From Elusimicrobiota bacterium (GTDB taxonomy: Bacteria; Elusimicrobiota; Endomicrobiia; Endomicrobiales; JBDRNC01), in assembly GCA_043811535.1 (NCBI GenBank), contig JBDRNC010000007.1:1-50834 (forward strand): a DNA stretch of 50,834 nt, read 5' to 3'. Positions 8,444 to 17,182 of the stretch are shown piece after piece (within the stretch, counting starts at the first letter, position 1; each line of letters starts with the position of its first letter). The notes beneath the pieces were generated by a model. The model was not told the origin of the DNA. It did not search any database and was given only the letters and a program-made list of their open reading frames with translations. Both the position numbers and the translations under genes were made by a program.

Positions 8444-9376
8444 GAAATATCTTTTTGTGTATAAAAGGAATATGATAAATGCAAGGGAGCCGATCACGCC
8501 TGTTATTATTATAGAAGAGGACATGGAAGACAACTGTTGTTTCATTATTTCCATCTGCGCGGCAGGGATATTCATTTTTTCGTAATAAACCCAGGCCCCG
8601 CCGCGAAGAAAGGTAATTGCCCATGAAAGAGTCCACCCTAATGTCAATATGAGCGCTGCCCGCCATGCCTGGACTTTCAGTTTGAACACTCCCCAGGCAA
8701 TATATCCGGAAACCATTACCAGCGCTGTTACTATAACCGCTCCGGGAATCCCGTTTAACACTGCGCCGAAGAAGGGGATCGCCCATCCGTAAAATCCCAA
8801 AAAAGGCAGCGAAATACACCATCCCAGAAACATCAGACTCAGCGCGAGAACCGGCAGGGGCGTCTTGTCGCACCATGAAGGATCGGGGTTTCTCGCCTCA
8901 CAGGTTGCCTTCACGTTCTTTCCTGTATAAAAGAGCACCAGAATGCCGGGTAAAATTACCGAGAAGAATGACATGATACCGGCCATGATATAAGTTACCG
9001 TTGAGGGCATGCGCGAAAATGTTCCGGGCATGAGCGCAAACATGAAAACAATCCCGATTATGCCGCTTAAAAGCCATATCCAGGAAGATATCAATGTAAG
9101 CGCGCGCGCCCATTTTCTCGCCTTGATTGAGCCAATTCCCATAGTAAAAAACCAGACTGCGAACAGCGTGTATAACAAAAGGCTGGAAAATGTCGTTTGG
9201 GTACTCACGGGTGACGGGTTATTCTTTATAGCAGGCAAAACATACTCCAACAGAATCAGGCTCGCTATCATAAGGACACAAACCAAACCTATAAGTATCT
9301 GTATGACGCCAAAAATCTTGAGCCCTGTTTTGCGGTCCTTGAACGCCGGCTGAACTGCCTGCACCTGATCCGTCAT
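8417..9376 (-). CDS. Multi-pass integral membrane protein
   Basis: 319 aa, about 8 hydrophobic helices, GGAG SD; C-terminus overlaps the repeat right arm. Confidence 0.8.
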   Translation of the reverse strand: MTDQVQAVQPAFKDRKTGLKIFGVIQILIGLVCVLMIASLILLEYVLPAIKNNPSPVSTQTTFSSLLLYTLFAVWFFTMGIGSIKARKWARALTLISSWIWLLSGIIGIVFMFALMPGTFSRMPSTVTYIMAGIMSFFSVILPGILVLFYTGKNVKATCEARNPDPSWCDKTPLPVLALSLMFLGWCISLPFLGFYGWAIPFFGAVLNGIPGAVIVTALVMVSGYIAWGVFKLKVQAWRAALILTLGWTLSWAITFLRGGAWVYYEKMNIPAAQMEIMKQQLSSMSSSIIITGVIGSLAFIIFLLYTKRYFNSGDTTLK

Positions 9377-9513
9377 GTTGAGCTCCTTAAGCGTATTATT
9401 AAATTGTCTTATGCGACCAACCTTAACTCAATTAAACCGAAGTACCCGCCAGGGTACGAAATCCGCCGTGGCGGGATTGAGCTCCTTTTGATTAATAGGC
9501 GACGTAGTTAAGA

Positions 9514-9816
9514 TTATTCTTCTGTTTTATCTTTTTTATATTTTGATTTTATGTCTTCTTGTACTTTGTTTAGATCTACTTCAAATGAATGGCCGCAAAA
9601 CCTGCACACTATGGCCTCTTCTTTAACTAATTCCGCGCATTTTGGGCATTTTTTTGTCACCCCTTCCTTCTCTATTTCCGGTAAAAATGCCACCACCAAA
9701 CTGAGTGGCCCCAGCAATACACCTAAGATAAACCAACCGCAACCATTTCTACCCTTTGAAGAAGCAATAATGGCAGCAACAATACCAAATAGCAGCCAAA
9801 AAATAATCCATTCCAT
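9514..9816 (-). CDS. Membrane protein with C-terminal zinc ribbon
   Basis: AAIIASSKGRNGCGWFILGVLLGP followed by CPKCAE...CRFCG. Confidence 0.8.
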   Translation of the reverse strand: MEWIIFWLLFGIVAAIIASSKGRNGCGWFILGVLLGPLSLVVAFLPEIEKEGVTKKCPKCAELVKEEAIVCRFCGHSFEVDLNKVQEDIKSKYKKDKTEE

Positions 9817-9841
9817 TGAGATTCTCCGTAATTACATTAGT

Positions 9842-9915
9842 GAGTTAAACTATTGGTTTATTTTGCGGGATCGTGGGGTAGGTATCGCTCTAAAGTATGT
9901 TCTGAAATGATACTG
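9842..9915. repeat. Array element copy 7 (subtype B), right boundary of array
   Basis: Core GCGGGATCGTGGGGTAGGTATCGCTC at 9865-9890, then GAAATGATACTG. Confidence 0.9.
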
Positions 9916-10030
9916 CTTTGATGCCTTTTTGTCAAATTATGAGGCAGTATCTCGTATCTCGAAAGGCCGTATCTAGTATCTCGTTCAAGGTTAAAGACAT
10001 TTACCAGATACTGCCATCCTTACTCCCCAT

Positions 10031-10168
10031 CCTCACCCTTCATCCCCATCCCGACCTTCCCCTGTCAAAGGGGAAGGAGATAGGAAATACTACTTATTGC
10101 CCCCACCTTAAATCCGTGGCACCCCCATCTTAGTCTTCCCCCATCGAGGGGGAAGGAGATCGGAAATG
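10031..10168. repeat. REP-like family R1 (CCCCAYC...CTTCCCC-n-GGGGAAGG hairpins)
   Basis: Other copies at ~17186-17229, 17565-17604, 18220-18355, 20958-21108, 21611-21760, 27925-27963, 30224-30302. Confidence 0.8.
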
Positions 10169-10175
10169 AGACTGA

Positions 10176-12173
10176 TTAGAGGGTATCCTGCGTGTCCATG
10201 TCGAAGGTCATCAATATGCCTGAGGGCATGGCGGAATCTTTTAGCGCGTGCCCCGCCCTGAGCAGTACGTCTTCCTTGCCCTTGAGCATTATCTGCCAGC
10301 GGTAGTTGTTGCTGAGTTTGTAGCGCGATGCCTGCGAGGGCCCGAGAATATCCATCTTCTCGTTCTTAGAATCGCGCCACTTCGCGAGGAAATCGGCAAT
10401 GGTTTGCGCCGCTTCCTGCGCTTTTTCCTCTTTCTTACCGCGTATGAGCAGGTTCGCCAGCGATGAGAACGGCGGGTAATTCAACTGGCCGCGGTAAATC
10501 ATCTCCTGCGTATAGAATCTTTTATAGTCGTGTTTTTCGGCGGCCAATAGCGAGTAGTGGTCCGGGTGGCGCGACTGGATTATGACTTTCCCGCCGAGCC
10601 GGCTTCTTCCGGACCTGCCCGCGACCTGCGCCATCAACTGGAAGGTCTTTTCAGCCGAGCGGAAGTCCGGCAGGTATAAAGATGTATCGGCGTCAATGAC
10701 GCCTACAAGCGTGACGCGCGGAAAATCAAAGCCCTTGGCGACAATCTGCGTGCCGAGAAGTATATCACAGTTTTCGTTCTTGAAGTCCTCGTAAACCTGC
10801 TTGACGGCGCCTTTTTTCGCGGCGGTGTCGCGGTCGAGGCGGAACACGCGCCCCTGCGGATAAACTTTTTTCAGTTCCTGCTCCACTTTCTGTGTGCCCA
10901 CGCCGAATATTGAAAGATTATTCTTCTTGCAGGACGGGCAGATGCCGGGCCAGGGCTCAGTGTGCCCGCAGTAGTGGCAACTGAGGCCCTCCGGCTCGCG
11001 GTGGTACACAAGCGAGACGGAACAGCTCGGGCATTCCCAGACCTTTCCGCAGTCCTGGCACATAATCCAGGGGGCGAAACCGCGCCGGTTGAGGAAAATT
11101 ATCGCCTGTTCCCTGCGCGCGAGCGTCTTTGTGAGCGAACCCTTAAGTTCTTCGGATATTATTTTTATTTTCTTCCCTTGTTTTCGCATGTCAATTATCT
11201 CAACAGGCGGGAAGCCCGCCTCGTCTATGCGCTCCGGCAGTTCAAGGAGCGTGTACTCGCCTTTTTCCGTCTTGTAATACGATTCAAGCGACGGCGTGGC
11301 CGAACCCAAAATGGCGACGGCGTTGTTGAGTTTCGCCCGCTTGACCACGACCTCGCTTGTCATGTAGGTGGGTTTCTGGTCCTGCTTGTAGCTGTTCTCG
11401 TGCTCTTCGTCCATTATTATGAGGCCGAGGTTGGCGAACGGGGCGAAAACCGCCGAGCGCGCGCCGAGCATTATCTTTATCTTTCCGCCGAGCGCGGCTT
11501 CCCAGGTATCGTATTTCTCCCCGCCCGAAAGGCGGCTGTGCCAGACGCCCAGCACGCCGGGGAAGCGGTGCTGCATTATGCCGATGAATTGCGGGGTGAG
11601 CGAGATCTCGGGCACGAGGAATATTGCGGAGCGCCCGGCGGCAAGGGTTTTTTCAATGGCGGCGAGATAGACCTCGGTCTTTCCGGAACTGGTGACGCCG
11701 TGCAGGAGGAAAACCGCGCTCTCGCGCTTGTCTAATTTATCCGTGATTGTCTTTACCGCGTCCCGCTGGGCAGGTTTGAGTTCCGGTTTCGGCGTACGCG
11801 CCACGTCAACCGGCGGTTCCGCGCGCCTGGTGAAGGCCCGCTTCATCGGGCGCACCGCTGGCGAAACGATGGCACCGAGCGCCTCGCCGAGCGAGCAGAC
11901 GTAGCGGTAGCTGAGCCACTCGGCAAGGCCGAATAATTCTTCGCTGACTACGGGGCCGGCGTCAACCACGTTGATGATGGGCCTGATTTTTTCTATATGG
12001 GTTTCGGCAAGGACTTCCTGGATGTATCCGGTAAGGAGTTTGGGGCCGAAGGGGACAGTGACGCGCGCGCCCCGCACGGCTTTATCCGCCAGGTGGGCGG
12101 GTATCGCGTAGTGGAAGGTTTTTTCTAACGGAAGAGGCAAAATAATAGAAGCGAACTTTTGATTGGGGGTCAT
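10176..12173 (-). CDS. priA: Primosomal protein N'
   Basis: LHGVTSSGKTEVY, DEEH, Cys-rich CQDCG/CPSC/CHYCG/CPSC, QVAGRSGR. Start trimmed to MTPNQ because the upstream extension is repeat DNA. Confidence 0.97.
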   Translation of the reverse strand: MTPNQKFASIILPLPLEKTFHYAIPAHLADKAVRGARVTVPFGPKLLTGYIQEVLAETHIEKIRPIINVVDAGPVVSEELFGLAEWLSYRYVCSLGEALGAIVSPAVRPMKRAFTRRAEPPVDVARTPKPELKPAQRDAVKTITDKLDKRESAVFLLHGVTSSGKTEVYLAAIEKTLAAGRSAIFLVPEISLTPQFIGIMQHRFPGVLGVWHSRLSGGEKYDTWEAALGGKIKIMLGARSAVFAPFANLGLIIMDEEHENSYKQDQKPTYMTSEVVVKRAKLNNAVAILGSATPSLESYYKTEKGEYTLLELPERIDEAGFPPVEIIDMRKQGKKIKIISEELKGSLTKTLARREQAIIFLNRRGFAPWIMCQDCGKVWECPSCSVSLVYHREPEGLSCHYCGHTEPWPGICPSCKKNNLSIFGVGTQKVEQELKKVYPQGRVFRLDRDTAAKKGAVKQVYEDFKNENCDILLGTQIVAKGFDFPRVTLVGVIDADTSLYLPDFRSAEKTFQLMAQVAGRSGRSRLGGKVIIQSRHPDHYSLLAAEKHDYKRFYTQEMIYRGQLNYPPFSSLANLLIRGKKEEKAQEAAQTIADFLAKWRDSKNEKMDILGPSQASRYKLSNNYRWQIMLKGKEDVLLRAGHALKDSAMPSGILMTFDMDTQDTL

Positions 12174-12183
12174 CTTTACGTAT

Positions 12184-12406
12184 TTCCTCCCCTCTTTGTA
12201 AAGAGGGGTAAGGGGAGATTTCTTAAATCCCCCTGTGTCCACTCCCTAAACAAGGGACCTTCGGCCTTTACAAAGGGGGAAGAGACTAACAACAATTCTT
12301 GTATTTTATCCCCCTCCTTTCCAAGGAGGGGTAAGGGGAGATTTCTTAAATTTCCCTGTATCCACTCCCTAAACAAGGGACCTTCGGCCTTTACAAAGGG
12401 GGAGTA
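12184..12406. repeat. REP-like family R2, tandem pair
   Basis: CCCCTC-n-GAGGGG..AGGGGAGATTT..AAATCCCCCTGT-TCCACTCCCTAAACAAGGGACCTTCGGCCTTTACAAAGGGGG; also at 16156-16291 and 19121-19223. Confidence 0.85.
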
Positions 12407-12424
12407 GCGCGACCGGATTCCTTG

Positions 12425-13036
12425 TTAAAAATAGAAATTAAGGAACAACTGGGGGTCTACTTTCAATCTCAAGGTATATTCGCCCCTGAAATATCCGCTG
12501 TAATTGGTTTCGCCGTAGGATATCCCCGCTGTCGGCCTTGCTTCAATCGAAAGGCTGAGATTCGGCAGTGATTCGACTATGAAATATTCCATGCCAACCG
12601 GTACGGCATATCCGAGAAAAATCTTATATGAACGGTAGGAGTATGTATCTGTCTTATAATTCTGAATATTACCTTGCAGGGAAAAGGCTATGCCGTGTCC
12701 CGAATACCAATGAAGGCCCCGCGCGGAACTGTGGTCGAAACGCTTGATTTTCCAGTCAAACTCTCCCGAAACTATATTGAAGTCCGCGTTATTCTCGGTA
12801 GTTCCGGATGAACTATTATCCCTTGACAGAGTTATATCGAGCTGCGTGCCAAGTATCAGGCGTTTTCCCGACGTTTTTTCGGCATTCCACCACGTGACGG
12901 CTAAATTTTTGCCAATTAAGGGATCAACAGACAACTCAACGGGTTTTTTCGTATTTGCCGGCGCGTTTTCTGAAGAAAACGAAGCGGTTGCCGCGCAAAA
13001 TACAAGCATTGCCATAAAACTAAGAATCCTTTTCAT
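12425..13036 (-). CDS. Putative outer-membrane beta-barrel protein
   Basis: Signal peptide, beta-rich, C-terminal FLNFYF. Confidence 0.6.
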   Translation of the reverse strand: MKRILSFMAMLVFCAATASFSSENAPANTKKPVELSVDPLIGKNLAVTWWNAEKTSGKRLILGTQLDITLSRDNSSSGTTENNADFNIVSGEFDWKIKRFDHSSARGLHWYSGHGIAFSLQGNIQNYKTDTYSYRSYKIFLGYAVPVGMEYFIVESLPNLSLSIEARPTAGISYGETNYSGYFRGEYTLRLKVDPQLFLNFYF

Positions 13037-13143
13037 ATAATATTTCTCCTTGTGTGTAATGCCAGATGTTTATTGAATATTGTTAGAGTTTTTGTTGTGT
13101 TCATCAAACATTAAACAGCTCTTGGCTTCTTGCCAAGAACAGA

Positions 13144-13551
13144 CTACTTCGGGAGCTGTTTATTGACGAATTCCAGGAACCGCTCGCAGTCTTTAACGGC
13201 GTCTTCCGCTTCTTTGCGGTACACAAGCCTTTCTTCGTATTCCGCTATGTTCTTTATGCTCAGTATCCGCGCCAATCTTTTCGCGTTTGACCTTACTCCA
13301 TCGCTGTCATTGATGGATTTGAACAGCACAACTGTTTCGTTGTGCCCTTCGCCGGCGTGGCGCTTGCCCAAATAGTACACGCACATGGTATCGCATCCGG
13401 CGATACACGCGTGGATAGCATTTATCGCGGCGGCGGTCCATTCACCGCTTTTCAACGACAGCTTCGCCGAATGGAAACACTCCAAAGACCTCTGCGCATA
13501 ATTGACGTAAAACTGCCTGTGAACATCCCTGGTTTTGACTTTCTGCGGCAT
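13144..13551 (-). CDS. HEPN-domain protein (toxin of HEPN/MNT pair)
   Basis: AAAINAIHACIAGCD...H...KNIAEYE HEPN-like helical pattern; directly downstream of a nucleotidyltransferase. Confidence 0.75.
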   Translation of the reverse strand: MPQKVKTRDVHRQFYVNYAQRSLECFHSAKLSLKSGEWTAAAINAIHACIAGCDTMCVYYLGKRHAGEGHNETVVLFKSINDSDGVRSNAKRLARILSIKNIAEYEERLVYRKEAEDAVKDCERFLEFVNKQLPK

Positions 13552-13566
13552 ATTCCCCCCACTTTC

Positions 13567-14154
13567 TTAAATTATCGAAATTCCTTTGCTGATTTCGCCC
13601 GCGATCCCGGAGTTTTTCTTTTCGCCGTACTCCTTTTCGGTCAGAATATACGCCGAAAGCTTATTCCCGTAAACGGTAAGGCATTTAACCGACAGGCGGT
13701 CAACGGCAGCGGTTATCCCGCTCTTGTCTCTAACGTTTTTAACCAGTACGAAAAGGTCAATATCGCTGCCGGCTTCTTCCGTCCCCCTAGCGACAGACCC
13801 GAACAAAACCGCTTTAACCGCGCTCTTTGCCGGAATGCCGCGCTTTATTTCCGCCAGCAAATTATTCAGCGGGGTATCCAGCATGGATATTTTTTCAATT
13901 ATGCCCGACAGGGCCTTATACGAGTAACTTTCCCTGTTAAGTTTCCATAAGTGCGCTTTCCCGGTTCTCACGAACGTCACAAGATTATGCTCCGAAAGCT
14001 CTTTCAGAGTCCTGTTTACGCTCATATGCGACACGCCGACTACCGAGGCAATCTCCCTTTCGCTCATGGGGGAGGCGTGGAACATCAGGTGCCTCATTAT
14101 CTTTATCTTAATCTCCGTGTTTATCATCGCCACGGGAGGAATGTGGAACTTCAT
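13567..14154 (-). CDS. HTH-fused minimal nucleotidyltransferase (MNT antitoxin)
   Basis: N-terminal HTH (MSEREIASVVGVSHMSVNRTLKEL); LFGSVARG...SDIDLFV. Confidence 0.85.
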   Translation of the reverse strand: MKFHIPPVAMINTEIKIKIMRHLMFHASPMSEREIASVVGVSHMSVNRTLKELSEHNLVTFVRTGKAHLWKLNRESYSYKALSGIIEKISMLDTPLNNLLAEIKRGIPAKSAVKAVLFGSVARGTEEAGSDIDLFVLVKNVRDKSGITAAVDRLSVKCLTVYGNKLSAYILTEKEYGEKKNSGIAGEISKGISII

Positions 14155-14172
14155 GCGCTTCACCGCCTTATG

Positions 14173-14219
14173 TGTAATATATTTGTTACAAGTGTAACAT
14201 ATATATTACATACTGTCAA
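14173..14219 (-). promoter_or_regulatory. Sigma70 promoter overlapped by 18-bp inverted-repeat operator
   Basis: Minus strand TTGACA-17-TACACT; TGTAATATATTTGTTACA-AG-TGTAACATATATATTACA. Confidence 0.75.
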
Positions 14220-14261
14220 GGCCAAGCTTCTTGCCCCCACTCCGCGGCGGACTGACACAAA

Positions 14262-14420
14262 GTGTCATCACGGGCCATTGTGAGCCGTCATTGCGAGTCC
14301 GTTGTAAGCCGTCATCACGAGGAGCCCTCTTTATGGGCGACGTGGTGATCTCATTTACTGAGACTGCCATGGGAGACCCAAAAAGGCCAGAGCTTGCTTC
14401 GCTTCGCTCGCAATGACAGC
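14262..14420. repeat. REP-like family R3 (GTCATTGCGAG...CTCGCAATGAC)
   Basis: Also at 18422-18505 and 33930-34093; related GTCATTCCCGC...GCGGGAATCC at 32982-33062. Confidence 0.8.
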
Positions 14421-14421
14421 C

Positions 14422-15255
14422 TTAGGACTTCTTCGGCTTCTTGCCAAGAGCGGTCATTATCTGTTTTATATCTTCCCAGACGTCTTTCTTGAGATTGGGG
14501 TTGCGCAGGAGCGCGGCGGGGTGGAACGTGGGCATCATTTTTATCGTTTCGCCGGACGGCAGGGCGTATTCAAGCCAGTTGCCTCTCAGTTTGCTTATGG
14601 GGGTATCAAGCCCCGAAAGCGTTTTTGAAGAAGGCGAGCCCAATGTGCATATTACTTTAGGGTGTATTATCTCTATCTGTTTATGCAGGTAGGGGATACA
14701 GGTTGCGACCTCTTCCGGCGCGGGGGGCCTGTCGTTGCCGTGTTTTTCGGGGTCGGACGGGTCTATCATCGGGTGGCACTTGACGATATTTGCTATGAAG
14801 ACGTCCTCGCGGCGGTATCCCGCGGCCTCTATTATCTTGGTGAGCAATTGGCCGGACCTGCCGACAAACGGCTCGCCCTTGTGGTCCTCGTCAAAGCCGG
14901 GGCCCTCGCCGACGAACATCAACTGGGCGTCGGGGTCGCCCACGCCGAAGACGAAGTTGAGGCGCGATTTCCCGAGCGGGCATTTTTTGCAGTTCTTTAT
15001 CTCGTCTTTGTATTTCTGGAGCGCGGCGGCTTTTCCCGAAGCGGCTCTGGGCTTATCCGCCACTGAGGCGTTGGCGGACTTGTCCGAGACGCGCGAGGCG
15101 GGCGCGGGCGCGGCTGGAACCCGCCGTGGCGGGGTTGTTTTTTTCATAGGGTTATAGGGTTTGTCCAGGATGAGCTCGTCTCCGGTCCAGGAGCGCTCTT
15201 CTTCCAGGTAATTCTTAGCCAGCTCTTTCAGAGTCGTGGATTTTGACGGTTTCAT
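14422..15255 (-). CDS. Uracil-DNA glycosylase family 4
   Basis: CKKCPL, FVGEGPGFDED, PFVGRSGQLL, NIVKC, FHPAALLRNP. Confidence 0.93.
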   Translation of the reverse strand: MKPSKSTTLKELAKNYLEEERSWTGDELILDKPYNPMKKTTPPRRVPAAPAPASRVSDKSANASVADKPRAASGKAAALQKYKDEIKNCKKCPLGKSRLNFVFGVGDPDAQLMFVGEGPGFDEDHKGEPFVGRSGQLLTKIIEAAGYRREDVFIANIVKCHPMIDPSDPEKHGNDRPPAPEEVATCIPYLHKQIEIIHPKVICTLGSPSSKTLSGLDTPISKLRGNWLEYALPSGETIKMMPTFHPAALLRNPNLKKDVWEDIKQIMTALGKKPKKS

Positions 15256-15850
15256 TGATTATTCTTTCCGCTATTTTATTTTTTGACTGGTTTTTCAGCA
15301 CGACCGGATTGCCGGAGGGGCGGATGAGCCACACGCTGGATTTTTCTTCGCCTATGGCTTCGGGGTAATTGGCGGCTATGAGGTCAAGGTTCTTTTCCCT
15401 GAGTTTCTTCCTTGCCGCGAATATCAGCGCGCCTGTTTCAAGCGCGAAGCCCGCCATCACCCTGTTTTTCTTATTTTTTCCGAGGATTTTCAGTATGTCT
15501 TTTGTGGGCTTGAGCTTGAGCGCGAGCGTTTTGCCGGTTTTCTTGAGCTTGCCGCGGTAAGTTTGGGCGGGGGCGTAGTCGGCGACGGCGGCCGCGCCTA
15601 TCACTATATCGGCGGAAGCAAAGTATTTTTTCGCCTGCGCAAACATCTCTTTCGCCGAGACGACATTGACGGTTTTTACGCCGCGCAGTTTTGCGGTTTC
15701 GGCCGGGCCCGTTACCAGCACGACCTTGTGGCCCTTGCGGGCGGCGGCTTCCGCGAGCGCGCTGCCCATCTTGCCCGAGGAGGCGTTGGAGATGAAGCGG
15801 ACGGGGTCTATGTATTCGCGCGTGGGGCCGCTTGTTATTAAAAATTTCAT
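15215..15850 (-). CDS. coaB: Phosphopantothenate-cysteine ligase (CoaB half of CoaBC)
   Basis: LITSGPTREYIDPVRFISNASSGKMG, AAAVADY, GFALET; start MKFLI. Confidence 0.9.
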   Translation of the reverse strand: MKFLITSGPTREYIDPVRFISNASSGKMGSALAEAAARKGHKVVLVTGPAETAKLRGVKTVNVVSAKEMFAQAKKYFASADIVIGAAAVADYAPAQTYRGKLKKTGKTLALKLKPTKDILKILGKNKKNRVMAGFALETGALIFAARKKLREKNLDLIAANYPEAIGEEKSSVWLIRPSGNPVVLKNQSKNKIAERIINETVKIHDSERAG

Positions 15851-15852
15851 AT

Positions 15853-16119
15853 TTACCCCGTTAGAGATAGGAAACGCTTCAATCGATTCTTGAGAAAGCG
15901 TTTGCCCATTCCTGTTTTCAAATATTTTTCTCTGGCACGGGCATCCTGTTCGTTTGAACAAGCTTCATAATATATCAGTATAAATGGTGCTCTTAGATGA
16001 GTGGAGTATACTTTATTGGAATTATGGTCATTGAAGCGTTTCCGAAAGTCCTTTGTCGAACCAGTATACCACTTATTATCTCTGGTACTCTTTATAACAT
16101 AAGTATAAAACATTTTCAT
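15853..16119 (-). CDS. Small GIY-YIG nuclease
   Basis: FYTYVIKS...WYTGST..RFNDHN...YYEA...ARAREKYLK. Confidence 0.9.
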   Translation of the reverse strand: MKMFYTYVIKSTRDNKWYTGSTKDFRKRFNDHNSNKVYSTHLRAPFILIYYEACSNEQDARAREKYLKTGMGKRFLKNRLKRFLSLTG

Positions 16120-16135
16120 TTATCTCTAACGGGGT
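15855..16135. mobile_element. TIR-bounded GIY-YIG element
   Basis: Perfect 15-bp inverted repeats ACCCCGTTAGAGATA (15855-15869) and TATCTCTAACGGGGT (16121-16135). Confidence 0.7.
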
Positions 16136-16302
16136 GAATTTCAAATTTCAGTTTATCTCCCCTCCTTATTAAGGGGAGTCTTTGGACCCCGTGTAGTCTG
16201 GGGAAGCGGTTGGGGGAGATTTATAAAATCCCCCTGTTTCCACTCCCTAAACAAGGGACCTTCGGCCTTTACAAAGGGGGAAGAGACTAACGATTTTTCT
16301 TT

Positions 16303-16881
16303 TTATCCGATAATGTCGGTTATTCTTTGGACTATATTTTCAAGGTCGGCGAGGCGGCCCACCCCTCTGACTCCGCAGGCGAGTTCCCCTTCTTCCGGTT
16401 GGACTATTCTGTACCCGTAACCCCTGGCGCGCTTTATGTTTTCCTGCGTCGCGGGGTGGTTCCACATGTTCTCGTTCATCGCGGGGCAGAGAAGCACCGG
16501 GACTTTTTTGGCGCTCAGCACAATGCTTGAGAGCAGGTCGTCGGCGCGGCCCCACGAAATACGCGCGATTATGTCGGCCGTCGCGGGAGCGATGACTATT
16601 ATGTCGGCCTTCTTTGAAAGCGAGATGTGCTCTATGTCCCAGACGAACGGGTCGAACATGCCAACGTATACCTTGTTCTGCGAGAGCGTCTGAAGCGTCA
16701 GCGGCGTTACGAAGCGCGCGCCGTTCTCGGTGAGCACGCACGTGACATCCGCGCCGAGTTTTTTTAGTTTCCTGACAAGTTCCGGCGCCTTGTACGCGGC
16801 GATGCTGCCGGTTATGCCTAAAACGATATTTTTTCCCCTCAGTGTTTGCGCGGGCTGGCCGCTATTTATTTTCTTTTTCAT
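16303..16881 (-). CDS. coaC: Phosphopantothenoylcysteine decarboxylase (CoaC half)
   Basis: GITGSIAAYK, EHISL, IAPATAD, PAMNENMW, LACG...GRL. Confidence 0.92.
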   Translation of the reverse strand: MKKKINSGQPAQTLRGKNIVLGITGSIAAYKAPELVRKLKKLGADVTCVLTENGARFVTPLTLQTLSQNKVYVGMFDPFVWDIEHISLSKKADIIVIAPATADIIARISWGRADDLLSSIVLSAKKVPVLLCPAMNENMWNHPATQENIKRARGYGYRIVQPEEGELACGVRGVGRLADLENIVQRITDIIG

Positions 16882-17152
16882 CTTTTTTAGGCGATTCCAA
16901 GCTCTCTGGTTTAACTTCTTCCGGTTTCACCGGATTGAGCTTGCTCCTTTTTTCCATCACTTCCTCCGGCGTCACCAAACCCGATGCAATGTCTTCCGTC
17001 GCCTTGCTTATAAGCTGGTCCATCGTCAGGCCTTTGCCCGCGTCGCTGCGCTTGAGGATTTCGGCCCATTCCTTTGTGAGATTATAGTAATCATACCGTC
17101 CCGACTTGGCCTGCTGCACGTCTTTCTCTGAAGCTGATTTTGATTCTGACAC
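16862..17152 (-). CDS. Divergent RNA polymerase omega-like protein
   Basis: gmk-X-coaBC position; GRYDYYNLTKEWAEIL...KATEDIASG resembles omega helices. Confidence 0.5.
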   Translation of the reverse strand: MSESKSASEKDVQQAKSGRYDYYNLTKEWAEILKRSDAGKGLTMDQLISKATEDIASGLVTPEEVMEKRSKLNPVKPEEVKPESLESPKKDEKENK

Positions 17153-17182
17153 GTCCTAGTCCTCCCTGTTAAATGATCTGTC

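Noticed and set aside
4992..8673. Duplicate gene end as a DGR template/variable repeat pair
   Set aside because: Only 6 of 11 differences are at adenines of one copy on the coding strand; no RT or Avd; the target is a TM segment
817..9915. Array element as a CRISPR repeat
   Set aside because: Intervals are 1.2-1.8 kb gene-containing units, not 30-40 bp spacers; no cas genes
1951..9915. Array element as canonical integron attC
   Set aside because: No RYYYAAC...GTTRRRY bracketing in the correct order (GTTAAAY lies on the left in only some copies); the centre is the most conserved part, unlike attC; no intI in the window
12159..12407. Short ORFs and N-terminal extensions in repeats (12159-12407, 12176-12376, 18152-18361, 21006-21224, priA/coaB/fumarase extensions)
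   Set aside because: Translations of R1/R2/R3 repeat DNA or of adjacent elements; starts were trimmed
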